A stretch of DNA of 64,000 bases from an uncultured Spirochaetota bacterium (GTDB taxonomy: Bacteria; Spirochaetota; Spirochaetia; SZUA-6; Fen-1364): NCBI GenBank assembly GCA_963745235.1, contig CAVUXE010000058.1, positions 111,805-175,804 on the forward strand, read 5' to 3'. The notes below the pieces were generated by a model that searched no databases, had not been told where the DNA came from, and was given only the letters and a program-made list of their open reading frames with translations. Within the stretch, counting starts at the first letter, position 1. Every line of letters begins with the position of its first letter. Both the position numbers and the translations under genes were made by a program. Below, piece after piece: positions 12,403 to 24,981 of this stretch.

Positions 12403-13347
12403 TCTTCAACCTTGAACTCCCTCATGTCCGATTCGTTCAGGTACGCCTCCACCCGAAGGTTGTCCCACGCCTCGTACCACGCCGGCGGCACCCTGGCCTT
12501 GAGCTCCCGGAAACAGGGCAGCTCCTCGGAGAACTTCGTGTCCTTCATCTCCGCCTGGATCTCTTCCATATCGGGAAGGAGAAACCCCAGGACGCGGTGG
12601 AGGACGGGCACCGCCGTCGCCGCGGCCTCCGGGTGAGAGTGCGACCACGGACTGGCAGACGGTCTTGTACTTGCAGAGGTACGGATAGTAGGGGTAGGTC
12701 TTCCTGTTCGGAGGGAGGAAGAGCCTGGTGAAGAACTTCGTGAGGTCGCGTCCATCCAGATGCCCTGCACGAAGTAGCCTCTGCCCTGCTCTCCGATCCA
12801 GGTCTGCGAAATGGTCTGACGGATGCGAAATGCCCTGCGCCGTGCCGTCGTCCCGCACCACTTCCTCCAGCGGGACGATGGTGTCCTCCAGGAAGAGCCT
12901 GCGCGAGGCGTACCAGGGGGTCACGTCGTTGGTGCCCCGCTCGATCACCGTGCTTTCCGTGGCCCGCATCATGAGATCGATCCGCAGGAGGTAGAGGTAG
13001 CAGCTCTCCTCCACGCGGTAGACCTGGTAGAAGCAGGGCCGGAGGATCTCGGCAGGATCGAAGAAGTAGGTCAGGCCTTCAGGACCTGGGGCGCGAGCGC
13101 CGCGATCTGCTCCGTGACGCTCTTCAGGGTGGACGAGATAATCCTGGCTGGGCACGGAGCAGGCGCACGTCGTGGTGGATCGGGATGTGCGGGACGGTGT
13201 ACTCGCCCTCGAGCTGCAGGAAGAAATCCTCGCTCTGGTTGAAGTGGCGGCTGAACGGCGTCTGACCCCGTCGCCGATGGCTTCGAGGAGGCGTTGATGG
13301 CAGCGTCGGAGTAGCCTGACCCGGATCTCATTCGAAATCTGCTCCAC
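12399..13347 (-). CDS. Conserved hypothetical protein (frameshifted)
   Basis: Protein-like segments in several frames (YLYLLRIDL, FFTRLFLP..YPYYPYLCKY, ELKARVP..WYEAW); overlaps the murD start. Confidence 0.6.
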
Positions 13348-13425
13348 CGTTTCACATTTAACTGAAATCGGCCGTCCGCCGCAATCCGCCCGCAGGCGAT
13401 GCCATCTGCCGCGCGGCCATGCCCG

Positions 13426-15383
13426 CTACAGCTTGTCCGGTGAAACGACCGGCCCGTGCGCCCTCTTCAGGGCCAGCAGGCCGCGCTTCTGCTCCTCGTA
13501 GACCTCGAAGAGGCGAGGCGGCATCTTCTTGTCCTTGCGGTATGCCTCTTCCTGGAGCTGGATGCGGGCCAGGATGTTGTCCACGTAGAAGGAGAACTGC
13601 TTGTCGTACAGGGTCTGGGGATATTCCTTGCCGACCGTCTCCTCGAAGACCGTCTTCAGGTCCTCGTAGCGCGGGATGAAGCCGATGGGGGTCTCGATTG
13701 CGCCCACCTCGCCGTGCGCGTACCTCTCCAGCCAGGACAGCCAGGCCTTCACGTCCCGCTTTTCCCCCAGGAGCTTGTTCAGGTCTCCGCCGCGCGCGCA
13801 GTCCAGCAGGAAGTAGTTGAGCCCCGCGATGAGGGGCCGTCCCTGCGCGCGAGAACTTCTTCGAGTTGAAGAACAGGAACTGCGCCTCCATGTAGTCCCC
13901 CAGGGGGCAGGGGATGAAGGGGGAGTTGGCCCACGGCTGCCGGTTCACTCCCTTCGCGCCCACCTCCGTGGCCGTGGCCGCCGAAAGGATGGAGGCGCCG
14001 ATCACGACGCCGTGGTCCGGGTTCTTCGCCACCCAGACCGGGGGCATGGTGTCGCTGTCCCGTCCGCTGTAGGTGATGACCTTGATGGGCACCCCCGCCG
14101 GGTCCCAGGCCGCCTGCCTGTTGAAGTTCGCCGATGGCGTCATTGGTGAGGGTGATCCGGGCGTTCGGGTTGGAGACGGGAACCGGCTTGCCGTTCTTGT
14201 CCTTCTTTCCGGGCCACCAGTCGCCCTGGAAGTTTCTGCCCCTCTGCGGCAGCGGCTCGCCGCTTCCCGTCCAGTGCGGGACGCTGTTCTCGTCCACCAG
14301 GACGTTGGACCAGATCACCTCCGTGCCCTGTTCCCGCAGGCACTTGTAGAGGTACGGGTCTCCTTCCTTGTTCAGGTCCTCCACGATCCCGAAGATCCCG
14401 ATCTCGGGATTCACCGCCCGCAGCGTGCCGTCCGCGTCGATCCACATCTGCGCAAGGTCGTCTCCGACGTAGTCGGTCCCGACCATTGCCGTCGTGGTCT
14501 TGCCGCACCCCGACGGGGCCGCGCCGGCAAAGAACGTCTTTCTGCCGCCCGGGCCGGTCATGCCCGTGATGAACATGTGCTCGGAGAGCTCCTTCTCCCG
14601 CCGGTAGTACGTGCACAGGTCAACGGCGAAGCGATGGTTGCCCTTCTTCAGCATGAGCGTGTTCCCCGCGTAGGTGCAGTACATGCTGAACGTCGTGAAC
14701 CAGCTCCTGTCCATGAAGATGCGCGCCCGGGGGATGTCTTCCGACCTGTTGGTGCCCTGGCTGTGGACGTTCGTGAAGAACACGCCGGCGCGTTTGGCCT
14801 CGGCGTCGAAGGGGTCGAAGACGTTGCGGTAGAGGATGTTGGCGCTGTGCAGGACGTACGCGGAGCTGGAGATCATGAGAGCGGGGATGGAAGCCTGGGC
14901 GCCGACGGGCCCGCGGTTGTAGAACCCCACCAGCAAGGTCTTGCCCTTCATGATGCCGGCCATGGTGGCGCGGATGTACTCCAGCGCTTCCGGGCGGAGC
15001 ATCTTCTTGGCGAGCGAGCTGACCTCTTCGTCCTCGTTGGCGATGTAGTAGGTCTGGTCCACCATGCGGCCCTGGTCCTCGGGGAGGTCGAAGTGGAGAG
15101 TGTGGTCCTTCATGGCGAGCGGACACTCTTCTCCTGCCTCCAGGCTCATCCGGCGGCACGCCTCCGCGTCCTGGGGCCCCGAGCCGACGATGAACACCCG
15201 GTCCGGGGCGCACATGGTGATGGCGTTGGCGATTTTGACCAGCGCGTCAGCGGTGGATACCTTCGCTATCTTTGCCGCGTTCGAAGCGTCCAGGGACGCT
15301 GCGAAAACCTTGCGCGCCTCGTCCATGGTCCGCACCCGTCCGACCTCGGCCAGGATGTCGGTGCCTTTTCTGAGCTCCAGCAT
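13426..15383 (-). CDS. pckG: Phosphoenolpyruvate carboxykinase (GTP) (frameshifted near the 3' end)
   Basis: [44 protein letters not shown] motifs. Confidence 0.9.
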
Positions 15384-15404
15384 GATCTTCCCCCAACTCC
15401 GCAG

Positions 15405-15418
15405 TGTAAACAGTTACA
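15405..15418. promoter_or_regulatory. Palindromic operator candidate (LacI/cre-like) between the divergent PEPCK genes
   Basis: TGTAA-ACAG-TTACA inverted repeat in the 133-bp divergent intergenic region. Confidence 0.45.
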
Positions 15419-15516
15419 TGACTCAATTTTCTCATTCCTGTCAATCGTTCGCTCTCTGATTCCCGCGGACGCTCCCGGTGGTATAGAATCCCTTTCCCGG
15501 GCGACAAGGAGGTGTC

Positions 15517-17274
15517 GTGGAAAACATCGCGTTTGCTGTCCTTGACAGGAAAGTCATCATGCGGGTCAGGCGTCGTTTCTGTGAAACCCCTGATGAGCTC
15601 CTGCAGAGCGATCTTTTTCGCGACATCCTGCGCCGCTGCCTGCGGGAGCTGGCCAGGCGGGATTCCCCCCTCCTTGTCTTCCTGGACGGGAAGCACGACC
15701 AGGAAGCATCCAGCACGGTGCTGATCCAGGCACTGTCTTTCCTGACGAAGATCCCCCTTGTCCTGGTGCCCAATATCGTGCAGGGCGCCGCCTCGTTCCC
15801 CGCTCACGCCCGGTGCCTGGCGGACTTTGTCGAGTACCTCTACAATTTCTGGAGGAGCTTCGAGCGGTACGCGGTCTGCGATTCGGAGGGGGACGCGCTG
15901 GACAAGCGGCCGTACCGGACGTTCAACGAAACCGTTGAAAACTTCTCTCACCTCGTGCGCGGCGTGTATCGTGACATCCAGGAGAACATCCAGGGCATAC
16001 ATCCGCGGATCTACCGGCAGCTCCACGCTGGCGTTGAGATGTCCGCAATTGCCCTTTCCCAGGAGATCCCCCTCCCGCCGGGACCCTACGAGAAGCTGCG
16101 CGGCGTGGCGGTGATCCGCCAGATCCTCCTCAACCCGCCCCTCATTCTGGAGCCGCCCATGAACAAGAGGACGGGGTCGTTCATCCGGGTGGAAGAGAAC
16201 CCGCTCCACCGGGTGAGCGTCCATGCCGGTGACTGGCTCTGCTACCCGGCGCGCGTCGGGGACCTCCTCATCCTGGTCTATTTCCACAACACGTTCTTCG
16301 AGCTGGGGTTTTCCCTGTGCAACCTCTTCGAGATCGCGGACGACAAGGACCTCACCCGCGCCCCGGACGCGTTGTACGTCTTCGGGGACCCGACGGACGG
16401 GCTGTCCGGAATCGCGGAGATGCCCACCGTTTTCCATGACGACACCGACAACGGCCTGTTTGTCGCCGCGGTCCCCAACCGCAGGGAGTACGGGTATTTC
16501 GGCTATCTGAAAAAGATGGTGCTGACGCTGCACAACGCGATCAAGATGAAACAGGGGCGGCTGCCGTTCCACGGCGCCCTGCTCTCCATCCAGCTCAAGG
16601 GCGGGCGCGGAGCCAACGTCCTCCTGATGGGCGACACCGGGGCCGGCAAGTCGGAGACCATCGAGGCTCTGCGGGGGATGGCGGATGCGGAGATACGGGA
16701 GCTCGCCATTGTCGCTGACGACATGGGCTCCCTGGAGCTGCGGGATGACGGCGTGATTGCCTACGGAACTGAGATCGGGGCCTTCCTCCGCCTGGATGAC
16801 CTGAGCCCCGGTTTCGCCTTCGGGCAGATCGACCGCGCCATCATCATGAGCGCCAGCAGGACGAACTCGCGGATCGTGCTCCCGGTGACCGACTACGCGA
16901 GCATCATCCGCGGCGTGCGGCTGGACTGCGTGCTGTACGCGAACAATTACGAGGAAGTGGATGATGACCATCCCGTGCTGGAGCGCTTCGACAGCGTGGC
17001 AGAGGCCCTGAAGGTGTTCCGTGACGGCACATCCATGAGCAAGGGAACCACGACCTCCACCGGCCTGGTCCACACCTACTTTGCCAACATCTTCGGGCCG
17101 CCGCAGTACCGCGAGCTGCACGAGCAGCTCGCCGGGAGGTTCTTCTCCGCCTTCTTTGCCAACGGCACGTTCGTCGGCCAGCTGCGCACGAGGCTCGGCA
17201 TCCCGGGCAAGGAGGCCGAAGGTCCGAAGGAGGCGGCACGGCACCTCCTTCGCCTCATTGCGGACGGGAGTTGA
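15517..17274 (+). CDS. PEP-carboxykinase-like P-loop protein (divergent family)
   Basis: FGYLKKM, PFHGA, GDTGAGKSET Walker A and IVADDMG motifs resembling PEPCK/HPr-kinase nucleotide sites; AGGAGG SD. Confidence 0.75.
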   Translation: MENIAFAVLDRKVIMRVRRRFCETPDELLQSDLFRDILRRCLRELARRDSPLLVFLDGKHDQEASSTVLIQALSFLTKIPLVLVPNIVQGAASFPAHARCLADFVEYLYNFWRSFERYAVCDSEGDALDKRPYRTFNETVENFSHLVRGVYRDIQENIQGIHPRIYRQLHAGVEMSAIALSQEIPLPPGPYEKLRGVAVIRQILLNPPLILEPPMNKRTGSFIRVEENPLHRVSVHAGDWLCYPARVGDLLILVYFHNTFFELGFSLCNLFEIADDKDLTRAPDALYVFGDPTDGLSGIAEMPTVFHDDTDNGLFVAAVPNRREYGYFGYLKKMVLTLHNAIKMKQGRLPFHGALLSIQLKGGRGANVLLMGDTGAGKSETIEALRGMADAEIRELAIVADDMGSLELRDDGVIAYGTEIGAFLRLDDLSPGFAFGQIDRAIIMSASRTNSRIVLPVTDYASIIRGVRLDCVLYANNYEEVDDDHPVLERFDSVAEALKVFRDGTSMSKGTTTSTGLVHTYFANIFGPPQYRELHEQLAGRFFSAFFANGTFVGQLRTRLGIPGKEAEGPKEAARHLLRLIADGS

Positions 17275-17305
17275 AAGGAGACGGCGGAGACCTCCCCGCG
17301 GCTCA

Positions 17306-17647
17306 CTATCCGATTGCGATCTTGCCCGTCTCTCCGCTTCGGATCCGGATGCACTCCGCGAGCTCAACGACGAAGATCTTGCCGTCACCGATGTTGCCCG
17401 TGCGCGCGCCCCTCACGATTGCGTCCACCGTGGGCTTCACGTAGTTGTCGTTCACCGCGATCTCCAGCCGCACCTTTTTCAGCAGGTTGCCGGCTTCCTT
17501 GACTCCGCGGTACACCTCGGTGACTCCCTTCTGCCTGCCGCAACCCAGGACGTTCGTCACCGTCTTGAGATAGACCTCCTTCTTGTCCAGCTCCTGGAGG
17601 ACCTCGTCGAGCCTGTGGGGTTGGATGATTGCTATGATGAGTTTCAT
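17306..17647 (-). CDS. glnK: Nitrogen regulatory protein P-II
   Basis: [23 protein letters not shown]-loop, GDGKIFV, IRIRSGE; directly downstream of amtB. Confidence 0.93.
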   Translation of the reverse strand: MKLIIAIIQPHRLDEVLQELDKKEVYLKTVTNVLGCGRQKGVTEVYRGVKEAGNLLKKVRLEIAVNDNYVKPTVDAIVRGARTGNIGDGKIFVVELAECIRIRSGETGKIAIG

Positions 17648-17658
17648 CGCTTTCTCCT

Positions 17659-18904
17659 TCAATCGATGAGCGTGTAGGCGCTCTCTTTGTGCTGGGTGTT
17701 GTCCAGGCCGATCGCCTCGTCCTGCTCCTTCACCCGCAGCCCCATGGTCAGGTCCAGCACCTTGGCGATGATGAACGTGACAACCACGGCGTATGCGATG
17801 GTCGCCCCGGCCGCCACCGCGTTGACGGCGAACTGGTGGGGATTTCCGAAAAAGAGGCCATCGGCGCCGCCCGCGTTGATGATCTTCTGCGCGAAGAGGC
17901 CCGTGCACAGCGCGCCAACCGTGCCGCCCACGCCGTGGACGCCGAAGGCGTCCAGCGAGTCGTCGTAGGCGAGCCTCTGCTTCACCACGGCGACTGCGAC
18001 GTAGCATACGACCGCGACAATGAGACCGATGAAGATGGCTGAAATCGGGGATGACGAACCCGGAGGCGGGGGTGATGGCGACAAGCCCCGCCACGGCGCC
18101 CGTGGCCGCGCCGAGCACCGTCGGCTTGCGGGTGACGAACCAGTCGATGATCACCCACCCGATGGCCGCCGTGGCGGTTGCCGTGTTCGTGTTGATGAAG
18201 GCGGACACGGCAAGCTCGTTGGCCTGGACGGCGCTTCCCGCGTTGAACCCGAACCAGCCGAACCACAGGAGGGCCGCGCCGATGAGCGTGTAGGTCATGT
18301 TGTGCGGCGGCGGGGTGATGCGCGGGAACGCCCGTCCTCCTGCCGATGACCAGCGCGACGACGAGGGCCGACATGCCCGAGGACATGTGCACAACCGTTC
18401 CGCCGGCGAAGTCCAGCGCTCCGAGGTTGTGCAGCCACCCGTCCTTGCCCCAGACCCAGTGCGCAATCGGGTCATAGACCAGGGTCGCCCACAGGAGAGT
18501 GAAGACCACGAATGTCGAGAACTTGATCCTCTCCGCGAACGCGCCCGTGATGAGCGCGGGGGTGATGACGGCGAACATCATCTGGAAGACCATGAAGAGC
18601 TGGTGAGGGATGGTGGCCGCGTAGTCGGGGTTCGGCGTCAGGCCGACGCCGTTCAGGCCGAACCAGGACAGGTTCCCGAAGAGGTGTCCGACGTCCGGGC
18701 CAAAGGCCAGGCTGTAGCCCCACAGGACCCACTGGATGCTGATGAGACAGAGGATGAAGAAAGACTGCATCATCGTGGAGAGGACGTTCTTCCGCCGAAC
18801 GAGGCCGCCGTAGAACATGGCGAGCCCCGGGGCGGTCATGAGCCATGACGAGCGCCGTCGACGCAAGGACCCACGCTGTGTCGCCGGAATTGATTGTTGA
18901 GCAT
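17659..18904 (-). CDS. amtB: Ammonium transporter (frameshifted)
   Basis: [46 protein letters not shown] motifs. Confidence 0.94.
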
Positions 18905-18945
18905 TGAATCCCTCCTTGCTTATGAAATCGATGCAGGAGGATTCA

Positions 18946-18961
18946 TGCAATGATCGTGCCA
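18946..18961 (-). promoter_or_regulatory. Sigma54 (-24/-12) promoter of amtB-glnK
   Basis: Minus strand reads TGGCAC-GATCA-TTGCA, a consensus match ~40 nt upstream of amtB. Confidence 0.88.
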
Positions 18962-18963
18962 GC

Positions 18964-20535
<1,572 letters not shown>

Positions 20536-20650
20536 TTCTCCTTGCAGTCTCCTAGCAGAAAAACCTACAGAATTGTAGCTGGGTCGCCTTAAAAGATACC
20601 GAAATGTAGTGCTCTTTCATCATGCCGTCAACTGCCCCGGGTTCTTCGCG

Positions 20651-20679
20651 TTGACAGGGTCGCGGCCTCCCCGTATAAA
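20651..20679 (+). promoter_or_regulatory. Sigma70 promoter, probably leaderless, of the aminotransferase
   Basis: TTGACA-17-TATAAA ending 7 nt before ATG 20687. Confidence 0.7.
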
Positions 20680-20686
20680 CCACTTC

Positions 20687-21976
20687 ATGAACCCGCTGGC
20701 ACAGGAATTGAACGCCGTCCTGGATGGAACGCGTGGCCGGGGCCCTGCTCTCCGACCTGGGCAGGCGGATCTATTTTCCCCGGGGGATAGTGGCACAGTC
20801 CGCGGAGGCGAAAAAGCATGCCAAGCGGGCCAACGCGACGATCGGAATGGCCCTTCGAGAGGGGAAGCCGGTGTTCCTGCCGGCAATCCGGTCCTTCGTC
20901 CCGGGCTTGACCCAGAGGAGATTTTCCCTTACGCACCCACCCAGGGCGTCGAGAAGCTCAGGGAAATGTGGAAGAAGGAGATCATCCAGAAGAACCCGGA
21001 CATCGGGACCACTCTCTTCTCCCTGCCCCTTGTCGTTCCTGGTCTCACTGCGGGCATCTCCACCCTCGCGGACCTGTTTGCGGGCCCCGGAGACACCCTC
21101 GTGATTCCGGACCTGCACTGGGACAACTATCCGTTGATTTTCGAGACCAGGCGCGAAACCGCGGTTCGAACTTTTCCGTTCTATACTGAGAAGGGTGGGT
21201 TCAACGTGGAGGGCCTGCGGGCATCCTTGCGCGAGGCGGCGCCAGGCGGGAAAGTTCTCCTCCTTCTGAACTTCCCCAACAACCCCACCGGCTACTCGCC
21301 CACCCGGGACGAGGCGGCCGGTATCGTCTCCGTCATCGGGGACCTGGCGTCCTCCGGGGTCCAGTGCCTTGTCATCACGGACGACGCGTACTTCGGCCTT
21401 TTCTACGAGCCTGATATCTATCCGCAGTCCCTCTTTGCGCGGCTGTGCGGCCTGCACGAAAATGTGCTCGCCGCGAAAGTGGACGGCTCCACCAAGGAAG
21501 ACCTCACGTGGGGATTCCGCACGGCGTTCATCAGCCTGGGCGCAAAGGGGCTCGCAAAGGAGCACTACGACGCCCTCACGAGCAAGCTCATGGGCGCGGT
21601 GCGCTCCACGGTCTCGAACTCCAGCGTCCTGGCCCAGAACCTGATCCTCCGCGCCATGGGAAGCCCCGACCGCCAGAAGGAGAAGGAAGAGGCGGCCGCG
21701 CTTCTGCGCGAGCGCTACCGGAAAGTGAAGTCCATCCTTTCGGGACGCGCAAGCACGGCCATCAAGCCCCTTCCTTTCAATTCCGGTTACTTCATGAGCT
21801 TCCGCCTGAACAGAGGTGATGCGGAGACGCTCCGCAAGGCGCTCCTCATGGATGAGGGAGTAGGGACGATCGCCGTGAACGAGACATGCCTTCGGGTGGC
21901 ATTTTCGCAGCTGGACGTGGACAAGCTCCCGGAGGTGTTCGACCTGATCTACCGTACGGCGGAGAGGGTGCTCTAG
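20687..21976 (+). CDS. PLP-dependent aminotransferase class I/II (frameshifts near the 5' end)
   Basis: NFPNNPTGY, TDDAY, STKEDLTWGFR PLP-lysine motif. Confidence 0.88.
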   Translation: MNPLAQELNAVLDGTRGRGPALRPGQADLFSPGDSGTVRGGEKACQAGQRDDRNGPSRGEAGVPAGNPVLRPGLDPEEIFPYAPTQGVEKLREMWKKEIIQKNPDIGTTLFSLPLVVPGLTAGISTLADLFAGPGDTLVIPDLHWDNYPLIFETRRETAVRTFPFYTEKGGFNVEGLRASLREAAPGGKVLLLLNFPNNPTGYSPTRDEAAGIVSVIGDLASSGVQCLVITDDAYFGLFYEPDIYPQSLFARLCGLHENVLAAKVDGSTKEDLTWGFRTAFISLGAKGLAKEHYDALTSKLMGAVRSTVSNSSVLAQNLILRAMGSPDRQKEKEEAAALLRERYRKVKSILSGRASTAIKPLPFNSGYFMSFRLNRGDAETLRKALLMDEGVGTIAVNETCLRVAFSQLDVDKLPEVFDLIYRTAERVL

Positions 21977-22044
21977 CCGCCGCGCCTTCCGTGCACCCCG
22001 CGGGATGGAGTACCCGTTCGGCGAGCACGCCTTCCCGGGGAGGG

Positions 22045-22524
22045 CTACGCGTTCACCAGAAAGCGGCCGATGTCCTTCAGCTCGGGGATTCGCTCGTAGA
22101 CAGGGCGCTTCTTCTCGTGGGCGTCCCGGTCGAGGTTCGTCGTCTTCATGTACAGCTCATTGATCAGGTCCGAGAGGACCCCCAGGTTCAGCGGGAAGTT
22201 CTGCGCGGCCATTTCCCGCAACACCTTGTCCGCATCATTGCCGCCATGCGAAATGATGCTCTTGAGGTTGGGGACCATCTTTGTGCGGGCCTGGTAGATG
22301 AAGTGGGCAGCGGCGATGACCATCTCGTAGAGCTCCTCGAACTGGAAGCCCTGGTTCTTGTAGTACTCTGATTTCGTCGTGAGGCTGTCCAGGCGATCCC
22401 ACTCGGACTGCGGCAGGTCCAGCATGACGAGCACCTTGCGGATGAAACGATTGGAGATGTTGTTCTGGTAATGATCTCCGATCCGCTCGATGATCTTGAA
22501 AATCTCAGGATCCTTGATATTCAC
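22045..22524 (-). CDS. Conserved hypothetical protein
   Basis: Clean 159-aa ORF with host-like codon bias. Confidence 0.75.
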   Translation of the reverse strand: MNIKDPEIFKIIERIGDHYQNNISNRFIRKVLVMLDLPQSEWDRLDSLTTKSEYYKNQGFQFEELYEMVIAAAHFIYQARTKMVPNLKSIISHGGNDADKVLREMAAQNFPLNLGVLSDLINELYMKTTNLDRDAHEKKRPVYERIPELKDIGRFLVNA

Positions 22525-22568
22525 GCGCAGCCTCTCGATGCAAAGGGTAGCCCATGGTCATGGCGTGG

Positions 22569-23555
22569 TCAAGGGACGGGGTTGCGCGACGGAGAGAACA
22601 GTCGTCCGTGGCGGGCGCCGCGAGCGTCCATCTCAGCGGCAAGGCGTGAGGTGAACTCCGCCTTGGACCAGAACGTCCGCGGGCTCACGACGTCCGACGG
22701 GAGCGCATCACAGGTGATTCGCATGATCACCGTCTCCTTCGGGAGTCTTTCGATTGCCGCCAGGGTGTATTCGAGATGCCGGGACGGTCCGGGCGTGGTC
22801 ACTTCCCCCATGAGCAGCTCGCGGGCCAGCAGGGTGCCTCTGGGGATCAGGAGGTTGTGGATCTTGACTCCGTCAGGGGCCAGCCCGGCAACGAGCTCCA
22901 TGGTGGCCATGATCTCTGACCAGCCTTCTCCCGGCAGGCCGAAGATCAGGTGCACTCCGACTTTCAGCCCGTGGTCCTTGAGCAGGTCGAACGCGCGGCG
23001 GAAATCCTCCGACGTGTGGCCGCGCCCGATCCGGCGCAGCGTCTGGTCGTTGGCTGACTGCAGGCCCAGCTCCACCCAGACATCCAGCCCGCGCTCCCGA
23101 TAGGAAGCCAGGAGCCTGGCTTTTTCTTCGTCCAGGCAATCAGGCCGGGTCGCCACGTTCAATCCGAGGAACGGGGCAAGGGAGAGGCCGGTGTCGTACA
23201 CCCTGGCAAGATGGGCAACCGGCGCATTGGTGTTCGAGTAGGCCTGGAAGAAGAGGATGAAGGCCCGCGCCGCGTAGCGCTTCGACAGGAAAGAGATTCC
23301 TCTTTCCACCTGGGAGGCGAGGCTCTCCCGGCTGCCGGGCCGCGCCGCCTGTGCGCAGCCCGGGATGACTGCGCCGCGGACATTCAGGTACGGAGCCCGT
23401 GAGCCATCCACGGCACAATAGCTGCAGCCGCCGGAGGAACGGCCGTCTTTCCTGTTCGGGCACGAGAAGCCCGCGTCGACGGCAACGCGGTACACGACGC
23501 ACCCGTAACGCTGGCGCAGGTAGTGGGAGTAGGTGAGATAGGGAGGTTCGCTCAC
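22569..23555 (-). CDS. Radical SAM protein, TIGR01212/YhcC family
   Basis: GFSCPNR..GCSYC, FQAYSNT, TRPDC, VELGLQS, GVKIHNL. Confidence 0.9.
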   Translation of the reverse strand: MSEPPYLTYSHYLRQRYGCVVYRVAVDAGFSCPNRKDGRSSGGCSYCAVDGSRAPYLNVRGAVIPGCAQAARPGSRESLASQVERGISFLSKRYAARAFILFFQAYSNTNAPVAHLARVYDTGLSLAPFLGLNVATRPDCLDEEKARLLASYRERGLDVWVELGLQSANDQTLRRIGRGHTSEDFRRAFDLLKDHGLKVGVHLIFGLPGEGWSEIMATMELVAGLAPDGVKIHNLLIPRGTLLARELLMGEVTTPGPSRHLEYTLAAIERLPKETVIMRITCDALPSDVVSPRTFWSKAEFTSRLAAEMDARGARHGRLFSPSRNPVP

Positions 23556-23635
23556 GAAGGCAGTCCCGCGGGTGAGCGTAGCAGAAGAGGGCGCGTGTTG
23601 ACAACGGCGGCTTGCCTCCATACAGTCTGGGCCAC

Positions 23636-24886
23636 ATGAACACTTTGCGCCGCGCCCGTCGGTCAGCTCTTGTCCTGGCGGCGGTGTGCGCGCTGCTCCT
23701 CGGGTGCGGCCTGATCCCCGAGCCGGGTGTCAGGATGATCACGGACAGGGCAGAGATGGCCGCCTACGTTGATCGCTTCAACGCCCTGCAGTCCGATGTG
23801 AGGGTGGAGCTCGCGTACAGCGAGGCCCCGTTCCAGTCCGTGCTTGACGGGGCGCAGGCGGACCTCGTGGTGGGTGAGTGGCTTGCCAGCCCGGCTGTCC
23901 TGGACCGCTTCGATTCGCTCGGAGACCTCGTGAAGCCCGGAAGGATCGAGCCGTCATGGTTCTACGCGGGCCTGCTCGCCATGGGATCTCGGGACAACCG
24001 GCCCGTCCTGATCCCCATTTCCTACAGCCTGCCTGCCGTTGTGTTCTTCAAGCCCGCCATGCAGGCGGAGCTCTCCAGCATGTTCATGCCTCTGGATACT
24101 CTTCGGTCCCTGTCTCGTGCCTTCAACACGCCCGGGAAATCCGGGGGCTTTACCGCCATGGGTTTCTCACCGTTCTGGTACCCTGACTTCATCGACGCCG
24201 CGGCGCTCCTTTTCGGTGCGCGTTTTCGACCCGGCCGGAACGGTCTTCCCGCGTGGGACCAGGAAGGGCTCACCCGGACGGTGGACCTTGCGCGCGCATG
24301 GCTTGCCGAGGCGAACGGGGGAGCCACGGCAGATGACGAGTTCTGGGCGCGAAACCACGTTCAGCCCTGGTACAAGCTCCTCACGGGGAAAAAGATCCTC
24401 TTCGCTCTCACCTCCTTCACTGACTACTTCGCCCTGCCGGAAGAGAAACGGAGGGATCTCGATTTCCGGTGGCTGTCGCAGGGCAGCTCGATTCCCGTCA
24501 GGCCGGATGTCCTGTTCGCCGGCGTCCTGCGCTCATCCAGGAACAAGGGCGGCGCCAGGGCTTTCCTGGAATGGTTTTGCAGCCCGTCCGTCCAGCGGAC
24601 GCTCCTGGACGTGAACCAGTCACGGAGAATAGGGGTTTTCGGCGTTACGGACGGATTTTCCTCCTTTAAGACCATAAATGAGCGTGAATTGCCCCAGAAG
24701 TACCCCTTTCTCCTTGGCCATATCCCGTCAGAATCCATCCTCGCTTTCCCCGACATGCTCCCGGACAACTGGCTCGCCGTTCGGGACCAGGTCATCAGGC
24801 CCTGGATTCACCAGAGTGCATCGGGAGCCGAGGATCAATCCCTGGAGAGCAAGCTGGACGACTGGGTGAAGGTCACGAAAAAGTGA
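23636..24886 (+). CDS. ABC-type extracellular solute-binding lipoprotein
   Basis: Signal peptide with LLGC lipobox; adjacent to a MalK-type ATPase. Confidence 0.7.
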   Translation: MNTLRRARRSALVLAAVCALLLGCGLIPEPGVRMITDRAEMAAYVDRFNALQSDVRVELAYSEAPFQSVLDGAQADLVVGEWLASPAVLDRFDSLGDLVKPGRIEPSWFYAGLLAMGSRDNRPVLIPISYSLPAVVFFKPAMQAELSSMFMPLDTLRSLSRAFNTPGKSGGFTAMGFSPFWYPDFIDAAALLFGARFRPGRNGLPAWDQEGLTRTVDLARAWLAEANGGATADDEFWARNHVQPWYKLLTGKKILFALTSFTDYFALPEEKRRDLDFRWLSQGSSIPVRPDVLFAGVLRSSRNKGGARAFLEWFCSPSVQRTLLDVNQSRRIGVFGVTDGFSSFKTINERELPQKYPFLLGHIPSESILAFPDMLPDNWLAVRDQVIRPWIHQSASGAEDQSLESKLDDWVKVTKK

Positions 24887-24916
24887 GGCCGTGGGCCTCG
24901 CTCGGCCAAATATTCA

Positions 24917-24946
24917 TTGACAATACCGGCGGCGGTCATTTATCAT
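24917..24946 (+). promoter_or_regulatory. Sigma70 promoter of the ABC ATPase
   Basis: TTGACA-18-TATCAT; GGGAGG SD before ATG 24982. Confidence 0.65.
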
Positions 24947-24981
24947 CTCAATCATAAGATAATCCAACCGGGAGGTTGCCA

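Noticed and set aside
17306-18475. Apparent AmtB-PII fusion ORF (389 aa)
   Set aside because: Produced by frameshifts; amtB has its own stop at 17659 and glnK has its own SD and ATG at 17647
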